IMG/VR virus record: IMGVR_UViG_3300036773_000030
Span: 1-40,537 of that record
Reading direction: 5' to 3' (one strand)
DNA from: a virus
Lineage: Duplodnaviria > Caudoviricetes
DNA: 40,537 nucleotides
A program made the position numbers and the translations under genes. Shown in pieces: positions 26,547 to 35,646 of the stretch; position 1 is the stretch's first letter, and the number at the start of each line of letters is the position of its first letter. The notes under the pieces are model-generated. The model made no database searches. It saw only the letters and a list, made by a program, of their open reading frames with translations, and was not told the origin of the DNA.

Positions 26547-27956
26547 TCACGCCGCCCGTAAAATGCCGCCCATCAGGCGATGGCGTTTGATGTACTTCAT
26601 GCCGCGTCGGTCGTGCACCACGGCGCCCGGATCGATCTTTTCGACGTCTTGCGCCATCGGACCGATATGCCTAGCGGACGTTGGATCGCCCTTATAGCTG
26701 TACTGGTAGACCGGCAATTCCGCGAGTTTCTGCGGCGCCGCCGTGAATACGCTGCCAATCCGATGAATGTTTTTCTTCAGCCGCACGTCGGAGGCAATGG
26801 CGGCGCCGCCTACCTTGCCAAGCGCGCCGAACAGCCCGCCCACGATGTTATTGTAGTTGGCGCTTTGCTGTTTATAGCTGTCGAGCGACTGGCCGAAATT
26901 GGTATTGATCAGTCCGGCGATATCGGTAGTCGGGATTTTGGTCCCGGAGGCGTTGATGAAATTCGGATTGGCGACCTGCGATCCCGACAGCAGCGAACTG
27001 ATTTCGTTGATCGGCTGATCCCGCAGCGCATATTGTTCGGTCAATGCCTGCGCGCGCGCGGTCTGCTGGGCGTTGAACAGACTTTCGGATTGCGCCATTT
27101 GCTGCGCCAGCGCCGCGTTATAGGCTTGCGTGTTGGTCGCCGCCTGCTGAAACATGTTGGTCTGCGCGGCATTGGCGAACTGCCCGCGACCCTGCGCTTC
27201 CTGATAAGCCTGCTGCTGGGCGCTGTTCTGAAAATTCGCCAGTTGTTGCGCCAGCCCGGCCTGCAATTGCTGCTCCTGACCGCCTTGCGCGGTAATGCCG
27301 AGCATCTGGTCGTTAATGCCGCGATTGTAGTTGTCCATGGCGGCGGTGTAGGCCGGTGAGCCGTATTTGATGCCCTGGTCGGCAAGTTGCGATTGCAGAT
27401 GCGACAGCGCCAGTTGGTTCTGCGGCTGCATGCGCTGGAACAGCGAGTTCTCAACCGCCGCGCGCTGTTGGGTACCCTGTGAATTGTCATAACTGGAGGT
27501 GATCGGGCCAGTGGCGCCGAACGTGGTCTGCTGTGCCCCGCTTGGACCAATGCCATATTGCGGCGCGCCCAGACTATTGAGCAATGCCGGATTACCGCCG
27601 GCTGGAATATTCGACAGGTTGATCGGGCTGCCAAGCATTTCCTGCAATTGGCCACTCGACATATTGGCCAATGAAGCAAGGTTGTATTGCGCACCCTGTG
27701 ATTGATTTAGCGTTGCCTGCCCTTGCGGGGTTAGCGTCTGGGTGGCGGTGAATTGCGGAATGCTGTAGTTCGCCCCGCTGATCGGGTCGTTAAAGTTATA
27801 GTTGCCGGTGTTATCGAAGAACAGATTCCCCTGCGGCGTGATCTGATTGACGTTGCCCAGATTGGCATTGGCGATCGCGGTCGCGACATTGGTGGAGGTC
27901 GCCGCGCTGGCGGTCGCATACGGATTGGGTGGAGTCGGCGCCGATGGCTTGCCCAC
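26547..27956 (-). CDS. DNA pilot/ejection protein with C-terminal S74-like domain
   Basis: MGKPSAPTPPNP start, Gln/Asn-rich helical body, SDVRLKKNI...YQYSY...GPMAQDVEK. Confidence 0.75.
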   Translation of the reverse strand: MGKPSAPTPPNPYATASAATSTNVATAIANANLGNVNQITPQGNLFFDNTGNYNFNDPISGANYSIPQFTATQTLTPQGQATLNQSQGAQYNLASLANMSSGQLQEMLGSPINLSNIPAGGNPALLNSLGAPQYGIGPSGAQQTTFGATGPITSSYDNSQGTQQRAAVENSLFQRMQPQNQLALSHLQSQLADQGIKYGSPAYTAAMDNYNRGINDQMLGITAQGGQEQQLQAGLAQQLANFQNSAQQQAYQEAQGRGQFANAAQTNMFQQAATNTQAYNAALAQQMAQSESLFNAQQTARAQALTEQYALRDQPINEISSLLSGSQVANPNFINASGTKIPTTDIAGLINTNFGQSLDSYKQQSANYNNIVGGLFGALGKVGGAAIASDVRLKKNIHRIGSVFTAAPQKLAELPVYQYSYKGDPTSARHIGPMAQDVEKIDPGAVVHDRRGMKYIKRHRLMGGILRAA

Positions 27957-27968
27957 GGAAATCCCTCC

Positions 27969-28355
27969 TCAATATGGCGGCGGATATGGCGGCGGCTGCC
28001 CCGGTAACGGTTGTCCTGGTAGCGATTGTCCCGGTAGCGGCGTTCCCGGCATTGGTCCGGGTGGCAACCCCGGCGGCGGCAAGCCAGCGCCCGGTAACCC
28101 GCCCGGTACCGGCATAGCCGGCTGACGCGGCGGCCCCATCGGCGCTGGCAAGCCCGCACCCGGTGGTGCGCCGGGCGCAGAGGCGCCGGGACCCATGTTA
28201 CCGGGACCCATGTTGCTGCCTAGTCGCGGCATGGAGGGAGACGTCTGCGGCGGCGCCTGCGGCGGCGGTGAAGTGATTTGCAGCAGCGCACGCGTGATCG
28301 CATCCCGCCCGCTACCGTCGCCATTGCCGTATCCGCTATAATCATAGGCCATCAT
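27969..28355 (-). CDS. Pro/Gly-rich disordered protein
   Basis: ATGA overlap with the GNAT stop; (LPGQ/PG)n and PPPYPPPY terminus; fills the gap in the operon. Confidence 0.65.
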   Translation of the reverse strand: MMAYDYSGYGNGDGSGRDAITRALLQITSPPPQAPPQTSPSMPRLGSNMGPGNMGPGASAPGAPPGAGLPAPMGPPRQPAMPVPGGLPGAGLPPPGLPPGPMPGTPLPGQSLPGQPLPGQPPPYPPPY

Positions 28356-28816
28356 GCGGCCTCCCGTTGTGCCGGCGGCGGCATGCCATGATGCAGGAAC
28401 CTGCTGGCTTGCCAAGTCTCTTGCATCAGCGCCGCCAATACGCCGTCCCGCTCGCGCCCGAACAATCGGCGCAACAAGGTGAATTCATAATCCAGCACCG
28501 CCAGTTGCCGCAGCAGCCGTTCGTTATCGGCCGGCACCCGCATCACCACCATCTGACATTTGCAATCGACAAACGGATAATAGTGCATCAGCCGCAGCGT
28601 CTCGCGCGTGAGCCAGCGCGGATCAGTGGCGGCACCAGAAATCTCGATAATGGCGGCCTCCGGGTCGTGATTGTGAAACACCAGCCCACCAATCAGCTTA
28701 TCGCCATCGACCACGCCCAGCGTCATGATCCGATCGCCAAAACCGCGTTCGCAATGCGCGATATGCGCCGCCACAAACCGGCCGACGATGCCGTTCTGCC
28801 CGATCAGATAGCGCAC
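28352..28816 (-). CDS. GNAT-fold acetyltransferase-like virion assembly protein
   Basis: GVVDGDKLIGGLVFHN...IEISGA...WLTRE...YPF...N...EF...RRLFG pattern; usual position after the podovirus nozzle gene. Confidence 0.75.
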   Translation of the reverse strand: MRYLIGQNGIVGRFVAAHIAHCERGFGDRIMTLGVVDGDKLIGGLVFHNHDPEAAIIEISGAATDPRWLTRETLRLMHYYPFVDCKCQMVVMRVPADNERLLRQLAVLDYEFTLLRRLFGRERDGVLAALMQETWQASRFLHHGMPPPAQREAA

Positions 28817-28817
28817 C

Positions 28818-29282
28818 TCAGGTCACCTCCAGGGCGTTGACATGATCCGCGATGGCGCGTTCGGCCGGTTCGCTGATGCCATTGAACATCAGCCGAAACA
28901 GCCATTTCGATTGACTCTTTTGCTCCAGTAGATTGGCCGCTTCGATTTCCCGCAATATCCGCAACACTGGCGTATCGGGCTTGACGCAAAACGCCGCTGG
29001 CCGCTTCATCGTCGCGAACAGATAGACCAGACCTTCGGCCTCCTCTCCGATCAATTCACGAATGGTGTCGCGATCCGCGATCGACCATGCCCAATGTTGG
29101 AATGCATTGGTGCCATAGATGCTGTGAAACAATCCCGCCGCGCAGACCGGCGCCGGATTGCCCCACGCCTCCAGCAAGGCATGCGTGCCGGCAAGGTGCG
29201 TGTAGAGCGTGCGCCGACTATGCCGGATTACCTCGGCCTCGGTTCGCTCCAGCAGAAACTTGCGGTAATCATCCGGGATCAT
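28818..29282 (-). CDS. His-motif helical protein (DUF6817-like / HD-related)
   Basis: HSRRTLYTHLAGT...L.AWG...CAAGLFHSIYGT...IG.EAE.LVYLF...ANLLEQ; start overlaps the oxygenase stop; family name from memory. Confidence 0.75.
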   Translation of the reverse strand: MIPDDYRKFLLERTEAEVIRHSRRTLYTHLAGTHALLEAWGNPAPVCAAGLFHSIYGTNAFQHWAWSIADRDTIRELIGEEAEGLVYLFATMKRPAAFCVKPDTPVLRILREIEAANLLEQKSQSKWLFRLMFNGISEPAERAIADHVNALEVT

Positions 29283-29910
29283 TGGCCGCCCTTGTTTTGA
29301 ATACCAGGACGATCCGCAATTCCGGGCATAGCCGCGATACGCCGCGCGCGACATGCGGCAGACAGCCCGGAAACACCACCATCCGATTGGGCTTGGGATA
29401 CACCGCCGCGATAATGTCGGACTTATCCGGGTTAAACACCACGGTTTCACCAGCCCAGTTCGGCCACCAGACGCCATGCGGATAATAGACCGCGGTGAGA
29501 CTGTGCGGGTCGGTGCTGTCGGTATGCAGCGTGCCGTCGCTGCCATAACTCTGGGCGTTAGCATAGCAGCGGATCAGCACCTGACCGCGAAACACCGTAT
29601 CGGCGAGGCTCAACCAAGTTGCAAAGATCAGCGGCGCATTGCGCTCCAGTTCATCGGCGCAAGGATACGGCGTTTGCTCAAGGGTGTTGTGGTGACCGGC
29701 GAAGTGCCGATGCCAGAAACTATAGGTGTCTCTTTTGCCCGAGGACTTCCAGCCGAATTTCCAGCCGCCGGAACGCAGAAAGCCCAATACCTGCAATCGC
29801 TGCAAATCCGGTAGCAAATCATCGATTATCAGTAATGCTGGCCGTTCCATACTGCCCGGCACGGGCTGCTGAGCGTCAAGAGACGGCAAATGCTGCTCAG
29901 CGTGATTCAT
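29269..29910 (-). CDS. 2OG-Fe(II) dioxygenase (prolyl-hydroxylase-like)
   Basis: H-T-D...H iron triad (LHTD, LPH), WAGETVVF, PKPNRMVVF, terminal R-x5-K. Confidence 0.9.
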   Translation of the reverse strand: MNHAEQHLPSLDAQQPVPGSMERPALLIIDDLLPDLQRLQVLGFLRSGGWKFGWKSSGKRDTYSFWHRHFAGHHNTLEQTPYPCADELERNAPLIFATWLSLADTVFRGQVLIRCYANAQSYGSDGTLHTDSTDPHSLTAVYYPHGVWWPNWAGETVVFNPDKSDIIAAVYPKPNRMVVFPGCLPHVARGVSRLCPELRIVLVFKTRAANDPG

Positions 29911-29913
29911 GAC

Positions 29914-31413
29914 TTACTCATCATCACCATCGCCGCCATCACCACCGTCACCGCCATCGCCGTCGTCATCATCACCCCCGCCGCCGTCGCCGCCGTCCTC
30001 GCCACCACCGTCCTCGCCACCGTCTTGACCGCCGTCTTGACCGCCGTCTTGACCACCGTCCTGACCGCCGCCGTCGAATCCATCTTCACCGCCAAAACCG
30101 TCAAAGCCGTCGGCGCCAAAGCCGTCAAAGCCACCCTGACCGGCACCAAAGCCGTCGAAGCCACCCTGACCAGCGCCAAAGCCGTCAAAGCCGGCGCCGG
30201 CGCCAAGGCCGCCGCCAAAACCACCACCAAAACCGCCCTGACCAGCACCAAAGCCGTCAAAGCCACTAGCGGCGCCAAAGCCGCCAAAGCCGCCCTGATT
30301 GCCGCCAAAACCGGCCACATCAGCGTCAAGAGCGGCTTGGGTGGCACCATAACTGGCCTGACTGCCCATAGCCGCTGCCATGTCGGCCGGGGTGGCCTCG
30401 GCAAAAGCGCCCAAGCCAGCCAATGCGGCCTCCGGTGTGGCCTCGTCGGGTGGGGCTTCCTCAGCCGGTGTGGCCTCCTCGGCCGGTGTGGCCGGGGCAT
30501 CCTCAGGCGGTGCGGACGGGGTGCCCATTTCCTCCAGACCCCCAATCGTAACATTCCCCTGTTCGCCGCTTAGCTGGCCGCCGCCAATCCCGCCAGTATT
30601 ACTACTACCTCCGGTGCCAAAGCCGCCGCCAAGGCCGCCACCACTAAAGCCACCGCCGCCAAGGCCACTGGTGCCGCCAACACTGCCGCCTTGGCTACTG
30701 CCACCGAAGCTGCCACCTTGGCTACCGCCACCAAAACTACCACTCTCATCGACCCCACCAGAAAAACCGGCATCGTTGGTAGCGTCCACGGCAAACGTCC
30801 CGGGTGCCGCCCCTAGGCTGAACGGATTATTGGTGTTCTCCACCCCGGCCCGTCCCAAGGCGCCGACCAGCGGCGGCCCCGGAGGCACCGGCAATCCCCT
30901 TGAAGGAACAAATCCGCCGAACGTCGCCAGATTGCCGAACGCCGGTGTGGCGGCATTGAATCGATCGGCAAAAGTATCAGGCGCAGCCGCCGGAGCGGCA
31001 GGCACCGCGCTGAATCGATCGGCGAAAGTAGGCGGCGCGATCGGACTAAACGGCGGTGTCGCAAATCGTTCGGCAAAGGTCGCCGGCGCCGCTGGAGCGG
31101 CCGGAGCCGCAGGCACAGCAGTCGGCACAGCCGCCGGTACCGCCGCGCGTCCCGGTACTCCCGGCGGTGCCGCCGGCACGCCAACCACCGGCGATGGCGT
31201 TGACGGCGGGGCTGGCAGATTATCCAGAGTATGCAGCGGCCCCGGCGGCCCCCGGGTATCCGATGGCGTTAACGACGGATCAAGCTGGACATCAACAAAT
31301 GGCCCCATCGGCCCAAGCGAAGTCACGCCCTGCCCGCTTGGCGCCATACCACCGCCGCTGCCATCCTGCTGTTGTAGCAGCGCCTGGATGATATCCTCAC
31401 GGGTCACTGCCAT
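29914..31413 (-). CDS. Low-complexity disordered protein (Pro/Ala-rich N half, Gly/Phe/Asp-rich C half)
   Basis: 499-aa ORF with GAGGGA RBS; repeats TFA[DE]RF x3, EEATPA, GFDGFGAGQG, GGQD; acidic tail. Confidence 0.75.
   Translation of the reverse strand: MAVTREDIIQALLQQQDGSGGGMAPSGQGVTSLGPMGPFVDVQLDPSLTPSDTRGPPGPLHTLDNLPAPPSTPSPVVGVPAAPPGVPGRAAVPAAVPTAVPAAPAAPAAPATFAERFATPPFSPIAPPTFADRFSAVPAAPAAAPDTFADRFNAATPAFGNLATFGGFVPSRGLPVPPGPPLVGALGRAGVENTNNPFSLGAAPGTFAVDATNDAGFSGGVDESGSFGGGSQGGSFGGSSQGGSVGGTSGLGGGGFSGGGLGGGFGTGGSSNTGGIGGGQLSGEQGNVTIGGLEEMGTPSAPPEDAPATPAEEATPAEEAPPDEATPEAALAGLGAFAEATPADMAAAMGSQASYGATQAALDADVAGFGGNQGGFGGFGAASGFDGFGAGQGGFGGGFGGGLGAGAGFDGFGAGQGGFDGFGAGQGGFDGFGADGFDGFGGEDGFDGGGQDGGQDGGQDGGQDGGEDGGGEDGGDGGGGDDDDGDGGDGGDGGDGDDE
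29920..30310 (-). repeat. Nested 12-bp and 30-bp tandem repeats encoding GGQD and GFDGFGAGQG
   Basis: ccgccgtcttga units and gccgtcRaagccaccctgacc units on the + strand. Confidence 0.8.
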
Positions 31414-31423
31414 GGCCTATCCC

Positions 31424-33082
31424 TCACACATTGACGCCAGCCCGTTCGAAGGTCGCGCCCAGCGCCAGTAATTCCACTTGCGGCGCTGCCTGCTGCGCCA
31501 CCGTAACCTGTACGATCGGCGCATGCGCGAAACCGGTCTTGCCGATCGACAGCCAACGGGTATTGCGCACTGGTGGTACCGCCAGCGTGAACTGATCCCA
31601 GCGCGCCGCGTCCCACAGCCCTTCGTCCCAGACCTCAAGTACACCAGGGTCGAACCCGATCGGCGGTGGTGGCGGCAGCGTCACCACATAATCAACCGTG
31701 GCATCAAGCTGCGGCAGGAAGGGCTGATCGAAGGTCGCGGTAAATACCGCCCGCGCCTGATGCCACACGATCATCGAGGACGGCGCCTGAAACAACTCCC
31801 AGCCGCCGACCAGCGTGGCGACATAAGGCAGCCCGTCGTCAAAGCCGCCGATTTCGCACTGCATGATACGGCCGTCCGAGGTGCCGTAAAACATCGCGTC
31901 CCGCAGCATCATGAAACACAGCGCGTCATAGCCGACAAAACGGCACCACGCCCCGGTGGCGTTGTTCATCACGGCGCAATAGCGATGCCCCTCCAGCCCG
32001 CCCGGCCAAGTGACAAAAATGCCGCCATAGCTGTCCCAGCGCCGCATCGTCCAGGGCAGGCCGGCCTTTAACGCCACTTCATTGCGCCACATCGCCCGGA
32101 TTGGTCGGGTCGGCAACGCCAGATCGAGCGTCCCGGAATCCTTGCTGATTGCCCCGCTAAGCGGAACAATGCCATCGGCCGTCATGATCAGCACATCGCC
32201 GCCGATCGCCATGTGCGCGTTCATCCCCATCGGCCGCCCGATGGCAAAAACTCCCTGCTGCTGCCAGCTTGACGGATCGCCAGGATTGTTTCCGCTAAAG
32301 ATGATCACATCACCTTCCGTCGTAACAAACACACACTTGTCGTCGGTGCCCGATCCGGTATCGCCGGACCAAGTGGCGCCGAACAGCAGACTACCGCCTC
32401 GCGCCGCCGACCCGCCCAGCGGAATCAGTTGTAACGCACCCTGAAACGAATCAATGTCGAGGTAGTACGCATTCATCGAACCGCCCTCGATGAAGAACAT
32501 GCGGTTGCGATATTTCCAAACGTAGGTCAGATTAGCGCCGTGCTGGACCGTTGAGCCAACCGGACCAGTAATCTGGTCGGCATCAAACGTCGCCCAAGTC
32601 AGACCGTCGTAATACAACGGCGCATCACCGGCATCATTGACCGCGATTAGGTGATTGCCCGACAGATTCGATAGCTGCGTTGCTGCATAATTGCCGCTGT
32701 GCTGGCCGGACTTGACCACCACCGGCACCCGTTCCGACACGTCGTACAGCACCGTCGCCTGCGCCGCGAACATCAGATGCACGTCGTCGGCATCGACATA
32801 CTCAAACGACGACTCCACCGGCTGACGGGTCGGATCGGAGAGCGGCGGCACCGGATCATCGGTGCCATGCAAATCGCACCATAAACTGGTGCCACCCCGC
32901 AGCTTAACGCCGCGCAAGGTTGATACCCAGTTGTCCTGCACGATGGCACCACCCGGCTGCATGAAGGCGTAGTTTTCGCTTTCGATAATGCCGCGCGTCG
33001 GCGCCGGTAACGTCGTGGTTTGTAGATTCTGCGCGTATTCGGCCGGCACCGGTTGCCGGCGAAAAGCGGCATAGGTGCTCAT
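31424..33082 (-). CDS. Tail nozzle / packaged-DNA stabilisation protein (tail tubular B-like)
   Basis: 552 aa beta-propeller-like; LPAPTRG start, YRNRMFF, WDEGLWDAARWD; follows the adaptor gene. Confidence 0.75.
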   Translation of the reverse strand: MSTYAAFRRQPVPAEYAQNLQTTTLPAPTRGIIESENYAFMQPGGAIVQDNWVSTLRGVKLRGGTSLWCDLHGTDDPVPPLSDPTRQPVESSFEYVDADDVHLMFAAQATVLYDVSERVPVVVKSGQHSGNYAATQLSNLSGNHLIAVNDAGDAPLYYDGLTWATFDADQITGPVGSTVQHGANLTYVWKYRNRMFFIEGGSMNAYYLDIDSFQGALQLIPLGGSAARGGSLLFGATWSGDTGSGTDDKCVFVTTEGDVIIFSGNNPGDPSSWQQQGVFAIGRPMGMNAHMAIGGDVLIMTADGIVPLSGAISKDSGTLDLALPTRPIRAMWRNEVALKAGLPWTMRRWDSYGGIFVTWPGGLEGHRYCAVMNNATGAWCRFVGYDALCFMMLRDAMFYGTSDGRIMQCEIGGFDDGLPYVATLVGGWELFQAPSSMIVWHQARAVFTATFDQPFLPQLDATVDYVVTLPPPPPIGFDPGVLEVWDEGLWDAARWDQFTLAVPPVRNTRWLSIGKTGFAHAPIVQVTVAQQAAPQVELLALGATFERAGVNV

Positions 33083-33118
33083 GTTATGAAGCTCATGTTA
33101 TGGAGCTCATGTTATTCT
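33077..33118 (-). repeat. 14-bp tandem repeat x3 creating two ATGA-overlapped mini-ORFs (MSSIT*, MSFIT*)
   Basis: gctcatgttatgaa/gctcatgttatgga/gctcatgttattct; mini-ORFs 33110-33093 and 33096-33079. Confidence 0.85.
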
Positions 33119-33829
33119 TGCCGTCGGCAACGGCCAAGGATAGGCAACGGTCGCATTGACCGTTGCTGAGATCGGCACCCCGCCAATCAAGGTCGGCGCT
33201 GGCTGATCATGCCCGGCCTTCATTGCGAACGCATCGAAGAATGTCCCCATGTCCTCGGCATAGGGCGAACCCTTATTCGACTTCCATTTCCAGATCATGT
33301 TCAGCTTCAGCAGCCGCTCATCCAGCACGTAACTGTCATCGTCGGACATGAACTGATCGAGGCGCGTGCCGGTCCTGCTCTTGACGCACAGATTGGAAAC
33401 ATAACCAAAGGTCGCCGTCATGCCGACGCCAAGCGTCGGCTGGATGTAGATGCGGTCGCCAATGATGATGTAACTACCGCGACTGTCCCAATAGGCGGTC
33501 GCATTGCGCCGCAGCCATTCGTCGTAACTACCAATGAACCGCAGCGGCACCAGCGCCGACCACGACGACCAGACATTGCCATTGAGCAGCATGCGCCAGA
33601 AATCGGCGGGCATGGCGAAATCGCCGGCCACGCCATCGCCAATCATGGTCGCAGTCATGGTCAGCGCCGACCAGTCACGAGTGTCGCGCGCCATCTGCTG
33701 CGCCATTTCATTGGCGCAAGTCAGCATTTCCTGCTGCGTCCGCTGCGCATTGATGCTGCCAAAGATCGTGGTCAGCCGCTCGACCCCGACCACTTCACAG
33801 ACATCTTGCACCACGCTGAGCAGCGACAT
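33107..33829 (-). CDS. Head-tail adaptor (tail tubular A-like)
   Basis: MSLLSVVQDVC start; MPADF, IYIQP, F...DDD...LDERLL...WKWK..KG.PY pattern; position after the capsid. Confidence 0.75.
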   Translation of the reverse strand: MSLLSVVQDVCEVVGVERLTTIFGSINAQRTQQEMLTCANEMAQQMARDTRDWSALTMTATMIGDGVAGDFAMPADFWRMLLNGNVWSSWSALVPLRFIGSYDEWLRRNATAYWDSRGSYIIIGDRIYIQPTLGVGMTATFGYVSNLCVKSRTGTRLDQFMSDDDSYVLDERLLKLNMIWKWKSNKGSPYAEDMGTFFDAFAMKAGHDQPAPTLIGGVPISATVNATVAYPWPLPTARIT

Positions 33830-33830
33830 A

Positions 33831-34553
33831 TCAGGCCGCCTTGCTGGTCGCGTCCTCGGCCATGCGCTTGAGCACTTTTTGCGACAGCGCGCCATGCGGC
33901 GCATGCCCGGTGCACGCGATGATGTACTCGCGCAATTGCTCGACGCTCATGTCATCGAAACTGTTCTTAGGTGCTTCGGACGCTTCCTTGGGCGCGCTCT
34001 TGAGCGCCGTATTGTCGTCCTCCAGCATGCGGTTGCGCGCCCGCAACGCTTCCAGTTCGGCCGTCACCTCAAACGCTGGCGCCCCCTGCCGAACCCGCTC
34101 GATATAAGCTTCGGCTTGATTTTTTAACTCGCGCCCGCCTTGCCCTAGGTTTTTCAATTCCTGCCCGTCAATGTGCGCCAGCGCCTCCACCGTATAGATA
34201 TTAAGCCCACGCATCTCAGCGCGCCGCGCCTCCGTTAGAAACGGCACGAATTCCAACGGCGTGCCGCTGCGGGTCTGCACGACTTGCGCTGTGAATTGCT
34301 GATACTGATGCGCAAACCGTTCGGCATAGGTGATCGAACGCTCGCTACCGCTATAGGGATCATGCTTTTTCTGCGGGCATTTCGCATGCGCCGGGAATAC
34401 CTTGACATCACGCGATCCCGGTTGCCGAATTTCGCACAGTTCGATGTCCTCGAAGATCGGCCGGCCTTCCTTGAGACTTCGGGCTGGATTTACCGAAGTG
34501 CCGCTCTTGAACAGCACGATCAATACGCTGTCGGGGTCTTGTAGGGGTTGCAT
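33831..34553 (-). CDS. Hypothetical protein after the capsid gene (HhH-like core, short C-terminal helical domain)
   Basis: EGRPIFED, GTPLE, LNIYTVEALA; GAGG RBS. Confidence 0.7.
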   Translation of the reverse strand: MQPLQDPDSVLIVLFKSGTSVNPARSLKEGRPIFEDIELCEIRQPGSRDVKVFPAHAKCPQKKHDPYSGSERSITYAERFAHQYQQFTAQVVQTRSGTPLEFVPFLTEARRAEMRGLNIYTVEALAHIDGQELKNLGQGGRELKNQAEAYIERVRQGAPAFEVTAELEALRARNRMLEDDNTALKSAPKEASEAPKNSFDDMSVEQLREYIIACTGHAPHGALSQKVLKRMAEDATSKAA

Positions 34554-34596
34554 GGGTTTCCTCGATTGTGGCCGCGCAAACGTTCGCGGATGCTGA

Positions 34597-35619
34597 TCAG
34601 GCCGCCGGGTTGGAGTCGTAAAGCCGCCAGTTATAGAGCGGATTCGTCATCGTCAGTTCGCCAGCCCAGCCGATGAATTGCGCGATCGCATCCTTGTCGA
34701 TCGGCATTTGCCCATCGCCGGAAAACAGCTTGTCGAAATTGCGGTTGGGGTGATAGCGCAGCCGCAATGAATCGGTGTTGATTCCGAACGTGGTATTGGC
34801 CGGCATGTTTGAGCCAATGCCGCCGTCAAGCACGATCTCGGCCCGCTTGCCGCCGCCGATGTATTCCAGGGCGGAGAAGCCAAGCTGACCTAGCGAGGTT
34901 TCATTGGTCTGCCGCTGGATCGCTATCGTTGCCGCGTCATAGGCGGCATAATGTTCCGGTGACATCAACAGCAGATCGGCATAATCCCGACCGCGTGATT
35001 GCCGCGTCATCACGGCATTGAGCAGCGGACGGATTGTCGTCGAAGTAACCTGCGTGCCAAGCGTGGCGTTAAAGGTCTGCACGTCAAAGGTCTGCGTGCG
35101 CCAGATGATCGCGGTGCCGCGGTCAATGCCGCCATAGATGCCCGAGGTATTGACGATCGGAACCGCAGTCGCGAGGCCGGTAATCTGCTTGCCACCATTG
35201 GCGGTGCCGTCGCTGTAGATACCAGCGTCCATGGTATCCTCCAGCGACTTTTCGGCCGCCTCCACATAAGCATCCAGGACATCAATAAGCTGCCCCTCGC
35301 CCTCGTTATTGAGGATTTCCTGCATTGACAGGACAATCGGCACGACCACGAATTTCGGGCTGAAAAACGCATCGTTGAATAGGTCGATGGCGGGGTTCAA
35401 TAGCTGATCGTAGCCGGAATACCACTGCGCGTTCTGCTTGGCGATTTGCAGGGTCTGACGAATCTGCGGACCGCTATAGGTCTGCCACAGCCCCTTGCGC
35501 CGCATGATCGCCAGCACCGCATTGTTGTTACTCACCATGTCCTGGTATTCGGGCGACCGTTCCTCCAGCGTCATCGACAGGATTTGCTGATAGGCGGCAT
35601 TCGAGGTGATGTTGGGCAT
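34597..35619 (-). CDS. Major capsid protein
   Basis: 340 aa after the scaffold; DMVSNNNA, WYSGYD, SDGT...KQITGL, YGGIDR...WR; GGAG RBS. Confidence 0.9.
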   Translation of the reverse strand: MPNITSNAAYQQILSMTLEERSPEYQDMVSNNNAVLAIMRRKGLWQTYSGPQIRQTLQIAKQNAQWYSGYDQLLNPAIDLFNDAFFSPKFVVVPIVLSMQEILNNEGEGQLIDVLDAYVEAAEKSLEDTMDAGIYSDGTANGGKQITGLATAVPIVNTSGIYGGIDRGTAIIWRTQTFDVQTFNATLGTQVTSTTIRPLLNAVMTRQSRGRDYADLLLMSPEHYAAYDAATIAIQRQTNETSLGQLGFSALEYIGGGKRAEIVLDGGIGSNMPANTTFGINTDSLRLRYHPNRNFDKLFSGDGQMPIDKDAIAQFIGWAGELTMTNPLYNWRLYDSNPAA

Positions 35620-35646
35620 CGTTTTCGCTCCAGGCGAAATGAAAGA

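Noticed and set aside
29920-30740. Repeat arrays as a possible CRISPR or other non-coding array
   Set aside because: Unit lengths are multiples of 3, degenerate at third positions, lack unique spacers and lie in a long ORF
29890-31471. Long alternative ORFs 29890..30573 (+), 29907..30554 (-), 30380..31471 (+)
   Set aside because: Stop-free by-products of GC-rich repeats overlapping the 499-aa gene
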